This document shows positions 17,204 to 26,585 of a stretch of 29,281 nucleotides of DNA, in pieces; the first letter of the stretch is position 1, and the number at the start of each line of letters is the position of its first letter. The position numbers and the translations under genes were made by a program. The DNA lies in contig JAHYJO010000016.1 of NCBI GenBank assembly GCA_019429125.1, forward strand, positions 1 through 29,281, written 5' to 3'. Under the pieces are notes generated by a model. The model saw only the letters and a program-made list of their open reading frames with translations, did not search any database and was not told the origin of the DNA. Source of the DNA: Nanobdellati archaeon. Its GTDB lineage: Archaea; EX4484-52; GLR71.

Positions 17204-18979
17204 TCAACCCTTTCCAAAAAGCCCAAGTATCCACGATATTATTCCAATCTTTTCTCGCCCACCAGAATCACGACTTACGTAACCTGTTATTTCAGGTGTA
17301 CTGCTCTCATTTACTTCAACATTGACATTTTCACGGCTTATATAACACTTATATAAGTCTCGACCGCCACCGATTACGAGAACTGACACATTTTCTGAGA
17401 TAAATGAGAACTCAAAACTTTTGTGAACTTTAGTCTTGACCGTAAACGCATCATAATACCATTTATCTCCATCAATAACATAATATTCTATACCTATGTC
17501 TGCGCTGTCTTTGTTGGTGATTGTCACCTGCCCCAAAGTACCAAGCTTCCCACATTCAACAGATAACGTGTCCAAATCCAAACGTGATTGCACAGATATC
17601 CATCTTGATATATCATACTGTTTACCTGAATAAAACATCCGTGCTCTGAACTGGTAGAGTCCAGAAGATACATTCTCAATCTTGTTAAGAAGAACCACAC
17701 TATAATTAGAATATGGCTCAAGCTCAAATACGACTTTATTCGCATTCCAGTTGTGTGACCATACAGTTCCATTGAGTCCATCAGATATTAGTGTCATGTT
17801 ATCATATACATAAGAATAAATTGTCACGTTTTTACCAACACTATAATTATTAAATATTGCAATCTTTGTCTGAAAAACATCACCAACATATACAGTCTCA
17901 TCAAATTCCAACACTTCATATATCTTATTTTTTGGTGCATCCAAAGCTTGCTCAGTTTTTGTTTTGATATTGTACTCTTTTATGTCCTTATTGCCTAAGG
18001 GACTATTATCTAAACTTTTGCACATATCTGTCTCCTTTGGCTCCTGATACTTTGCACACAATTTATTCTCCTTGACCCAAATATCAATTTTCTTCTTGAG
18101 TTTAGAATCCAAATAATATTCCCAACCCTCATCTCCGTACCTACAAACCCTGACAGTGACAGAATAATTTCCGGGCAAATACTCACTCTCACAATTATTT
18201 TTCAAAAGAAGTGGTAAATTGATATAAAAATCACTATCTTTCCAAACATTACGTATCTCAACACCTGTGTTCACATTGCAGAAATTTCTATATATTGTAT
18301 TCTCATAGAGATCTTGGCTTATCATCTTGGGTCCTGATATGTATCCTATGACTCGCAATTTCCCATGACTATTGGGACCTGACTGATATCTCACACCGAT
18401 TGTGGATATGGCCCCAAAGTCAAGGTTGTCGTAGATACTTATTATCTCAAGTTCCTCTTTTCCGCCCTGTTCACCCTCATCTAAGTCCGCTCCTGTATCT
18501 GTGGTCTCGTTGGTTGTGGGTGTGTCTTCATCTTGCTGTGCTACAATCTCAAACGTTGTGTACCTATTGGTATAAGTTCCATTGTAATCAAAACGCATAT
18601 AGACTTTGTATGTCCCCAAACTTTTAACTTCTGTGCTCCAGTCATATGTCAAAAACCCAGTGCTGTTTGCATCAATCGCAAGCGCAAACAGGTTCTCAAT
18701 CATATTATCTTCAAGATATTCATATGCACCTGATTCTGTCCGATATCCGACCTTTATTGAAAAATTTCCAGTAGTCATATAATCATTAGGATTATATATT
18801 GATACATTGAAGGTCTGGTTATCTCCTAAAGAGACATTCACAGCTCTTATGTCAAGCTGTATCTCCGGTGCAATCATCCAGATAGTGGTGGGCAGGTCTA
18901 CGGCATAGACCTGAGTGCATACGACGACGGCGGTAAGAACTAGACAGATATATAAGCACATTTTAATCTTTCTGTCCAT
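17204..18979 (-). CDS. Secreted/cell-surface glycoprotein with probable Ig-like beta domains
   Basis: Sec-type signal peptide, GAGGTGA RBS, many N-x-S/T sequons, acidic/Thr linker, and C-terminal PEITGYVS…IISWILGLFGKG. Confidence 0.75.
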   Translation of the reverse strand: MDRKIKMCLYICLVLTAVVVCTQVYAVDLPTTIWMIAPEIQLDIRAVNVSLGDNQTFNVSIYNPNDYMTTGNFSIKVGYRTESGAYEYLEDNMIENLFALAIDANSTGFLTYDWSTEVKSLGTYKVYMRFDYNGTYTNRYTTFEIVAQQDEDTPTTNETTDTGADLDEGEQGGKEELEIISIYDNLDFGAISTIGVRYQSGPNSHGKLRVIGYISGPKMISQDLYENTIYRNFCNVNTGVEIRNVWKDSDFYINLPLLLKNNCESEYLPGNYSVTVRVCRYGDEGWEYYLDSKLKKKIDIWVKENKLCAKYQEPKETDMCKSLDNSPLGNKDIKEYNIKTKTEQALDAPKNKIYEVLEFDETVYVGDVFQTKIAIFNNYSVGKNVTIYSYVYDNMTLISDGLNGTVWSHNWNANKVVFELEPYSNYSVVLLNKIENVSSGLYQFRARMFYSGKQYDISRWISVQSRLDLDTLSVECGKLGTLGQVTITNKDSADIGIEYYVIDGDKWYYDAFTVKTKVHKSFEFSFISENVSVLVIGGGRDLYKCYISRENVNVEVNESSTPEITGYVSRDSGGREKIGIISWILGLFGKG

Positions 18980-19151
18980 TTCATCACCTCACATATCTAA
19001 TCTGCGCAGACCTGCCTGCATATAGTTTGGTGACAACTATTGTGGGTAATTTCCTACAACACTGACTATTGTGGTGTTTATGTATCAATTATATTAGTTA
19101 TGGATTCCAAAAAGTCCATACGTTTTTAAATATATATCCTAAAAGACACAC

Positions 19152-20042
19152 ATGGACAACACAACTTATAATAATTATATCAAGGCTGGAGCAATTGCTG
19201 CTCGTGTCTTATCTGATGCAAGAAAAAAGGTTGTGTCAGGTGCCACATATCTTAATATAATACAGCAAACAGAACAGATGATAACTGATGCAGGCGCCCA
19301 ATTAGCATGTCCCTCAACCATCTCTGTAAACGATATTGCTGCGCATTACACCCCTCTTTTAAATGATACTTCAACAATCGGCGACAATGATGTTGTCAAG
19401 TTGGACATTGGTGTCATGATTGATGGCTGCATCGCTGACACGGCTACAACAATCTGTCTGGATTCGAATTACAACGATATGAACAACACAGCCAAGTCAG
19501 CACTTGAAAAAGCACTCAAGCTCGCAATTCCCGGGACAAATGTGGGTAACATTGGTGGTGTGATAGAATCTGAGATTATCTCAAAAGGTTACAATCCTAT
19601 AGTTAACCTGAGCGGTCATGTATTATCCTCTTATGAACTGCATTCTGGTTTCAGTATCCCTAACATAAAAACGAACACAAAAGACACTCTTTCAGAAGAC
19701 ATGGTTTTGGCAATCGAGCCTTTTGTGACTGATGGTCGTGGTCTGATAAAAGAGATTAACAAGGTTCAGATATTCAGGTATATTGCGCAACGCCCCACAC
19801 GATTACCTGCTGCAAGAAAATTATTAGACTTAGCAAAAACAAAATACCATTCTATGCCATTTACTTCTCGTTGGATATCTGATGTAAGTCCTTTGATGCT
19901 TGATTCTGCCTTGCGTCAGCTTTCAGACTCAAAAGCAATCTATCTTTATCCCGTATTGAAAGAGACAGGGTCTGGCATTGTGGCTCAGGCCGAGCACACA
20001 GTCATTGTACGGGACAAACCAATTGTAACTACTAAAATTTGA
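19152..20042 (+). CDS. map: Type II methionine aminopeptidase
   Basis: SVNDIAAHYTP, KLDIGVMIDGCIADTA, NLSGH, LH, AIEPF and VAQAEHTV, plus the type II helical insert. Confidence 0.96.
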   Translation: MDNTTYNNYIKAGAIAARVLSDARKKVVSGATYLNIIQQTEQMITDAGAQLACPSTISVNDIAAHYTPLLNDTSTIGDNDVVKLDIGVMIDGCIADTATTICLDSNYNDMNNTAKSALEKALKLAIPGTNVGNIGGVIESEIISKGYNPIVNLSGHVLSSYELHSGFSIPNIKTNTKDTLSEDMVLAIEPFVTDGRGLIKEINKVQIFRYIAQRPTRLPAARKLLDLAKTKYHSMPFTSRWISDVSPLMLDSALRQLSDSKAIYLYPVLKETGSGIVAQAEHTVIVRDKPIVTTKI

Positions 20043-20129
20043 TTTTTGTTATATTTTTATGCTTTAAATTCTGTGTATTGGTGCAGTTCTTATAATAAGA
20101 TATAAATATCTGCTTTACAAAACAATATT

Positions 20130-20996
20130 ATGTTCTCAAAACTTCTCTCATTTTTTATTCCAAAAGAGGATAATTTTATAAAAAAAGATGAGTTGGACCT
20201 TCTTGTAAATACTGTGTCTAAAGGTTTCCAGACTCATAGGGATAGGTTGGTGTCTGTTGAACAGACCTCTGTCCAGACAAAAGTCCTTATTGATTCATTG
20301 GGTTCGCGCATATCTCAAGTGGAATCTGTCAACAATGATGTTAATGATATCCGTTCGGCCGTCCTTACAACTCAGGGCCGTCAGAGCTCTATTGAGAATT
20401 CAATTGTGCAAATATCAGAAAACATTAATGGTGTCAGAACTTATGCTAAATCTGAAATATCTGAGTTGATGCAACACATATCCTCCTTGAATGCCCGACT
20501 TAAACATATGGAATCTCAATCATTTTTAACCATTACTGATCTTGAATCTTATCATGTCTCTACAAAAGGGTCTCTAGATTCTCGGCTGGATAACTTGGCT
20601 ACAGACATTAAACGTCAGACTGCTGAAACTATAAGTTCTATACCTCAAGAAAAACCACAAGTGTTACAAAAAACAACAACTATTGAGGTTGAGCGTGACA
20701 TTGATGTGTCTAATCTCACTCATCTTGAAAAGAGCATACTTAAAACGCTGGTTGAGCTTAAGGTAAAAAACAATGTGACTTCAATAACAATTACTGATCT
20801 TACAAACATAATATATCCTGAGGGTGCTATGGTTTCTAAGCGCCCGACAGTCTCAGCTTACGTATCTAAGCTGGCGCTCAGTGGTTTCTTGAAGAAGGAG
20901 CGCAAGAACAACAGTGTCTTCATTTCTATACGGAAAGACAAAGTTATAGATTACTTCACTCAGGAGAACTATTCTCATTTAAAGCGCGTCATTTGA
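20130..20996 (+). CDS. Hypothetical protein: long coiled coil with C-terminal winged HTH
   Basis: Heptad-rich residues about 20-165; C-terminus LTHLEKSILKTL…ITDLTNIIY…RPTVSAYVSKLALSGFLKKERK has a wHTH pattern. Confidence 0.7.
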   Translation: MFSKLLSFFIPKEDNFIKKDELDLLVNTVSKGFQTHRDRLVSVEQTSVQTKVLIDSLGSRISQVESVNNDVNDIRSAVLTTQGRQSSIENSIVQISENINGVRTYAKSEISELMQHISSLNARLKHMESQSFLTITDLESYHVSTKGSLDSRLDNLATDIKRQTAETISSIPQEKPQVLQKTTTIEVERDIDVSNLTHLEKSILKTLVELKVKNNVTSITITDLTNIIYPEGAMVSKRPTVSAYVSKLALSGFLKKERKNNSVFISIRKDKVIDYFTQENYSHLKRVI

Positions 20997-22006
20997 TTTT
21001 TAACCCATTTTAGCCGTCTTTTTAGTATATTTATTTGTAGTATTCTATTGTTTTTACCTACTATTTCTTATAATATTGATGAAATTTGTCTATTTAGGGT
21101 CCTACTGTTAGTTAAATTCCTTTATTTTATGTTTTTATTCAACAACATCTTTATTTCTGCCTGTTTTAACTCTCTCATTTTTGCCTGTTTTTTTGCTATT
21201 TTTGTGTATATTTACCTCTTTGTATTCAAAGTGGTGCTGTAAATGGTATGGTTTAATCTTGTGTGTATATTATAATTTTAGCTAGGTGTTTGGTGTAAGT
21301 ATTGGCATTGTGTGTGTATATCCTTGCGTGTCTGTATTTTTTTGATCTTATTATCGTTAGGCATCTCTAACTCTCTCATTTTTGCTCATTTTTTTGCAAT
21401 TCTTGTTATGTTTGTATTCTGGTCTTTGATTTTTCTGTAGTTTTTTGCTGATTTTTGCAAGCATTGTTCATGTGTAGCTACAACGATTATTGTATATTTT
21501 TATCGTTTTTATGGTGTCTTTTTTAGTTTATTGGGGTCTTAAGTCCTGTGTTCAGAAAATGTGTTCTGCGCGCATATATTGTATAATTAAATATTGCGTA
21601 CATAACTCTTGCGCTCTGTGCTATACTATCTTCTTGTCTGTCTGATTCTTTTTGTAATTTTGCGTAGTCTGATGCCGAACTATGTATATTTTGGATTTTT
21701 CATATCTCTCTCTCTCTCGCAGAAATATCATCTGATTACCCTCTCTTATTTGATCAATATATGTCATTTTCCTGTATTTTCATGCTGTTGAATCTGTTTT
21801 TGGTATATTTATGTATTTTTTGTCTCCAAATCTGCTATTTTTTTGTTTTTATTTTCTTTTTTGGGTCTGTGTTTGATGTGTCTATGCTCTTTTGATTTGT
21901 GTAAGTCCTTTTCAATATTTGGTTAGGTCATAGTATACTACTCTTTATAGTTTTCTCAATGTCTTTTTGGCTTGCTGTATGTGTCTAAATATTTTTATGC
22001 TATTTC

Positions 22007-22099
<93 letters not shown>

Positions 22100-22113
22100 T
22101 GTCTTATTTATGA

Positions 22114-22730
22114 TGCTATCGTTTTTATCTTGTTATATAATACTTACGTAAGTCATTTTTCTGATATGTGTTATAGTTTATGTGTGTGTTCTTGTCTGCC
22201 TTTTGTCTTTATATGTTTAGTCTATTGCTATCGTTTTTAGCAGACTTGTATGACTTATATAACTTGTATTGTTTGTATAGTCAGTTTTCTCATTGTCTCA
22301 TTATCTCGATGCTTAATATTTTGTATTTTTTGGCACATGCTATCGTTTTTAATATATCTTTTAGAACTTATATAAGTCATTTTTAGTCTTATGTTGCTCT
22401 AGTATGTGTTTTTTGTTAATCTGTCTAGTGCTTATATAACTCTTACATAACTTATATGATTGCTTACATAATTCTTATATAATACTTATATAACTTGTCT
22501 TAAAACTCCCTAAAACTGCCAAAATTAAGGACTATTTACTGTATTCTAGTTATATAACTCTTATGTAACTATTATATAAGTCTGGTTTACGCTTATATAA
22601 TCCTTATATCTAGCTTATATAACTCAAAAACCAAAGAATAAACATATCCGGTCTGCATATTTTTGTAATTTGTATCTAGACAAACCTTTAAAAGGTTAAT
22701 GATATAAATGCCAATGTTTAAATTATATAA
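22114..22730. repeat. Array of palindromic TTAYRTAA boxes plus three TGCTATCGTTTTTA motifs at 112-bp spacing
   Basis: Exact boxes start at 22133, 22144, 22255, 22368, 22432, 22443, 22464, 22475, 22486, 22550, 22561, 22572, 22593, 22615 and 22723. The 14-mer starts at 22114, 22226 and 22338. Confidence 0.85.
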
Positions 22731-22742
22731 GGTAGATAACAA

Positions 22743-23051
22743 ATGCCAGATGATAGATCAGCGTATACTAGAGGGCACAGTCAGACCTCAGCCCGTGGCC
22801 ACCAGCCTACAGTCTTTTGCAGTTACTGTGGGAGAAAAGTACCAAAACATAAATGTTTTATTCAATACAGTGGATTTCACATTACTGATCCTGTGCTTCG
22901 GAAAGAAATAACAAGAAATCAGGTAAGTGCTGGAACAAACAAGATGTATGCATGTCCTGCATGTGCAAGGCATCGTGGAATTATAATGAAAAGGGATCAG
23001 ACAGGACATATGGTCTCAGTAAAGAAGAAGTCTGGCAAAAGATTAGAATAA
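22743..23051 (+). CDS. rps26e: Ribosomal protein eS26 (S26e)-like
   Basis: RGH…CSYCGRKVPKHK…YACPACARHRGI matches the S26e zinc-binding pattern; small and basic. Confidence 0.8.
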   Translation: MPDDRSAYTRGHSQTSARGHQPTVFCSYCGRKVPKHKCFIQYSGFHITDPVLRKEITRNQVSAGTNKMYACPACARHRGIIMKRDQTGHMVSVKKKSGKRLE

Positions 23052-23083
23052 TCAATAATTTTTTGTGGGACTTTTTAATTTGG

Positions 23084-24919
23084 GTGGTAAGTATACCTTT
23101 GAGAGGTTGGTTGAGACAGAAATTGAGCAAGGCGCATAGTGAGGCTCAACCATATGATTTCTCAAAGGAACTAAATTCTTTTAACATCAGTACTGTTGAT
23201 ACACCCATTTTTCATGACATTCCAGATGACTTGTCAACATTAAACATAAATTATCCCTTAATACCTCCTTTTGCTTTTGCATCAATAAAGTGGAATGTTG
23301 CTTCTAATTCTTTAATCTATTCTGTCATAGAGCCCACTCTTGAACAAAGAGACCGGGAGATATATGCTGAAATAGAGGAGACTCTTTCTGATATGCTTGA
23401 TGTCAAGCTTGGTCAGCTCAAATCAAAAGAGGATCTATTCAATTATCTTAAGGAAAATGTGAGAGCTATTATAGTAAAGAAAGGTATTGTCTTGCGTAAA
23501 GGCGAGATAACAAGGATAATGTATTATATTTTCAGAAATTTTGTAGGATTGAATGAGATAGAACCTGTTCTTCATGATTCTTTTATTGAAGATATTGGTT
23601 GTGATGGCGTTTCAGTGCCTATTTTTGTACTTCATAAGAAATTTGGTTCAATAAAGACAGACATATATTTCAAAAATATGAGTTCTCTTTCATCTTTTGT
23701 AGTAAAGCTTGCAGAACGTTGCGGCAGATACATTAGTTATGCAGAACCTCTACTAGATGGTTCTCTTCCAGATGGTTCAAGAATCCAGGCAACATATTCT
23801 AAAGACGTGACTACAAACGGTCCGACATTTTCTATACGGAAATTTTCATCATCACCCTTCAGCATCATTGATATGATCAATTATGGTACTGGCTCAATTG
23901 ATTTATTTGCTTATCTCTGGTATCTTGTGGAGCATCAGAAAAATTTCCTGATTTGTGGAACTACTGCTGCTGGAAAAACCTCTTTATTGAACTCTCTTGT
24001 GAGTTTTATACCTCCTCAGGAGAAGATAGTTTCTATTGAGGATACAAGAGAACTTCATCTGCTTCATGAGAACTGGATTCCTTCAGTCACAAGACAAAGT
24101 TTCGGTGCCGGCAAAGAAAAGTATGGTGAGGTGACCATGTTTGATCTTCTTAAATCCTCATTTAGGCAGAATCCAGATTATGTGATTGTGGGTGAAGTTC
24201 GTGGTGTTGAGGCATCTGTCCTGTTTCAAGGGATGGCTTCAGGTCACGCTTCCTTAAGTACGATGCACGCAGGTTCAGTTGATGAGATAATCCAGCGTCT
24301 GACAACGCCCCCTATAAGCTTGTCTGCAGGTCTTATCAATGCTCTTGATGTTGTCATATTTGTCCAGCACGCAGGACGGTTTGGTATTAATGCACGGCGT
24401 ATAAGAGAGACTGACGAGATATCAAATGTTGATGTCACAAACCTAAAAGCAGATTCTATAAAGACATTTTTCTGGCAGCCGTCAACTGACGATTTCAAGG
24501 CACAGCACAGTCTTCTTGTAGAAAAGCTTAGTATTGATTATGGTATCTCTATAAAAAAGATAACTGATGAGATGCGCAACCGTTCTATGGTTCTTTTCTG
24601 GCTTTACAAAAATAACATCCACCAGTATGATGATGTCGCTATACATCTTTCAAACTATTATATGGATAAAGATAAGATTCTTTCCATGATATCTGAAAAG
24701 ACATACCATACAAAGCAAGGAATATTTACAAACAAGGCCTATAAAGACCTAAAAGACAAGACATTATTTTCCTCAAAATCATTAAGCGTTAATGCAATGT
24801 CTAGCAGGTCTACATCAGTTGATGTATCTGCTGATATTGCACCTAAAACAGACACTGTTATGAGTGAATATGCAATAGATATTCCTCACGTTGTGTCTCC
24901 TGACACAAAAAAAGATTAA
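23084..24919 (+). CDS. Type IV pilus assembly ATPase (VirB11/TadA/FlaI family)
   Basis: IEDIGCDG, LPDGSRI, FSIRKF, Walker A GTTAAGKT, SIEDTRE, Walker B VIVGEVRG and His box GHASLSTMH. Start GTG 23084 is inferred to avoid overlap with eS26. Confidence 0.93.
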   Translation: MVSIPLRGWLRQKLSKAHSEAQPYDFSKELNSFNISTVDTPIFHDIPDDLSTLNINYPLIPPFAFASIKWNVASNSLIYSVIEPTLEQRDREIYAEIEETLSDMLDVKLGQLKSKEDLFNYLKENVRAIIVKKGIVLRKGEITRIMYYIFRNFVGLNEIEPVLHDSFIEDIGCDGVSVPIFVLHKKFGSIKTDIYFKNMSSLSSFVVKLAERCGRYISYAEPLLDGSLPDGSRIQATYSKDVTTNGPTFSIRKFSSSPFSIIDMINYGTGSIDLFAYLWYLVEHQKNFLICGTTAAGKTSLLNSLVSFIPPQEKIVSIEDTRELHLLHENWIPSVTRQSFGAGKEKYGEVTMFDLLKSSFRQNPDYVIVGEVRGVEASVLFQGMASGHASLSTMHAGSVDEIIQRLTTPPISLSAGLINALDVVIFVQHAGRFGINARRIRETDEISNVDVTNLKADSIKTFFWQPSTDDFKAQHSLLVEKLSIDYGISIKKITDEMRNRSMVLFWLYKNNIHQYDDVAIHLSNYYMDKDKILSMISEKTYHTKQGIFTNKAYKDLKDKTLFSSKSLSVNAMSSRSTSVDVSADIAPKTDTVMSEYAIDIPHVVSPDTKKD

Positions 24920-24978
24920 ACCTTCTAAGTGAAAATCATATCTTACGATTTAAAAATTAAATTTTATTTTTGTGTATA

Positions 24979-25547
24979 TTTGACATTCTTTCTTTTAACT
25001 CAACTTTGACATTTCGGACTTTTTTTTAATACGTTTTTTTAATACCTGAATTTGACAGATATTAGTATGTTAATTGATTGCGTTTTTTATGTTTTTTCAC
25101 CTATTTTTTAATACCTCATTTGACATTTTGTATTCAGAAATCAAAATATAGTATTATGGTTTGATCTATATTGAAATTCAGATTTAATCTAGAATAAAAA
25201 TTAAGAAAATTCACCAAAATTAGCCAAATGAATTTGACAGTTAGGCTAAAATTTACAAAAATTAGGAAAAAAATAGACATTTAACTTTATTTTTCTCCAG
25301 AAATTAACTTATTTTTAGTCAAAAATCAAGAAATTTTTAAGTCTTTTGTGGATTTCAAGCTTTTTTATTGCGGTCAATACAATAAAAAATCAAGAAATTA
25401 AATGAAAAATTGAAGTAAATGTACTAAAAATAGCCAACTGTCAAATAGATATTCTGAATGAAATAGTTAACAAACTGTCAAACTTGGGTTTTAACTATAA
25501 AAACATCTTTGACAAAAAGAATGTTAGTGTATATAATGTCTGTCAAA
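24979..25547. promoter_or_regulatory. Cluster of nine TTTGACA boxes between the ATPase and platform genes
   Basis: Forward at 24979, 25005, 25051, 25119, 25233 and 25508; reverse (TGTCAAA) at 25439, 25476 and 25541. The regulatory role is inferred. Confidence 0.6.
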
Positions 25548-26582
25548 AGCAAATCATATGAATCCTCAAAAAAAGAGACAACTTTAGAGGATGAAGAAAA
25601 CCATCTTGAGCTATTGAGGCAACATCTTAACGAGCTTGGGCTATCAACTAAAAAGACAGACATATCACACAATGAAACAAGCATACATCTTTTATTAAAA
25701 GAGATTATTGCCTCAAGAAACACAGAAAATCTATATACTGCATTTGGTAAATATCTTTATGCAAAAACTCCCAAAATTTTTAAAAAGTTAAATTCTGCAT
25801 TGGTATCATCTGATTATAATTCTGTTATAGAGATTTATATTGGGAAGATGTTTTTATTTTCATTTGTATCCTTGTTATTTTCCACACTCTTTTTTGGCAC
25901 TGCAATATATTTTAGAGTTCCTGGTTTTGATATGACTTATATGTTCTATCCTATAATTGTGTCCATATTGATTTTTGTCATGATGTTCTATATTCCTTTT
26001 GAAAAGACCTATTCAAAAAAGAAAAGTATAAATACAAATCTGCCCTTCGCATTGACGCATCTTTCAGCTATAGCTTCATCTGGCACACCACCTGAAGAAG
26101 CATTCCGCATAATGTCGGAATTCAGTGAATTTGGTGATATATCAGCTGAGATGTCAAACATAACAGGTAGGATAGATGTCTTCGGTGAAGACATAACAAT
26201 CGCCCTAAAACATGTAATCTCAACTACTCCATCAGAATCCATGCGCGAGATATTAGGTGGTATCTTAACAATTACTCAGACTGGCGGCAATCTTGATGCA
26301 TATCTTACTGAAATGGCAGACATAGCTATGTTTGATTATAGGTTGTCTCGAGAAAAATATCTTTCAGCTCTTTCTACCTATGCAGACATGTATACTGCAC
26401 TTTTGATTGCCGCACCATTATTTTTAGTATCTATACTTGTTGTTATGAACATAATTCCTGACACTTCATTGCCAGGCGGTATAGGTATAATGACTGCCTT
26501 GTCAATAGGTGTCTATGGTTTAATACCTCTGTTGAATCTGTTATTTTTAGCCTTCATAACCTTTACTGCGCCGGAGATGTAA
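25536..26582 (+). CDS. Type II secretion system F domain (TadC/FlaJ-like) pilus platform protein
   Basis: TM helices; INTNLPFALTHLSAIASSG, FGEDITIAL, TTPS and TGGNL. Confidence 0.9.
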   Translation: MSVKSKSYESSKKETTLEDEENHLELLRQHLNELGLSTKKTDISHNETSIHLLLKEIIASRNTENLYTAFGKYLYAKTPKIFKKLNSALVSSDYNSVIEIYIGKMFLFSFVSLLFSTLFFGTAIYFRVPGFDMTYMFYPIIVSILIFVMMFYIPFEKTYSKKKSINTNLPFALTHLSAIASSGTPPEEAFRIMSEFSEFGDISAEMSNITGRIDVFGEDITIALKHVISTTPSESMREILGGILTITQTGGNLDAYLTEMADIAMFDYRLSREKYLSALSTYADMYTALLIAAPLFLVSILVVMNIIPDTSLPGGIGIMTALSIGVYGLIPLLNLLFLAFITFTAPEM

Positions 26583-26585
26583 TTT

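Noticed and set aside
21167-21385. 18-bp direct repeat TAACTCTCTCATTTTTGC at 21167 and 21368
   Set aside because: Real, but only two copies in low-complexity DNA; no function can be supported separately from the surrounding region.
22114-22385. Possible CRISPR array
   Set aside because: The repeat is only 14 bp with 98-bp intervals and three copies, and there are no cas genes in the window.
22952-23083. ORF-track start of the pilus ATPase and the overlapping 22708-22911 ORF
   Set aside because: Both overlap the eS26-like gene in other frames, which has the recognisable motif.
24979-25547. TTGACA boxes as bacterial sigma70 -35 elements
   Set aside because: The gene content is archaeal, and most boxes lack a properly spaced -10 and occur in both orientations.
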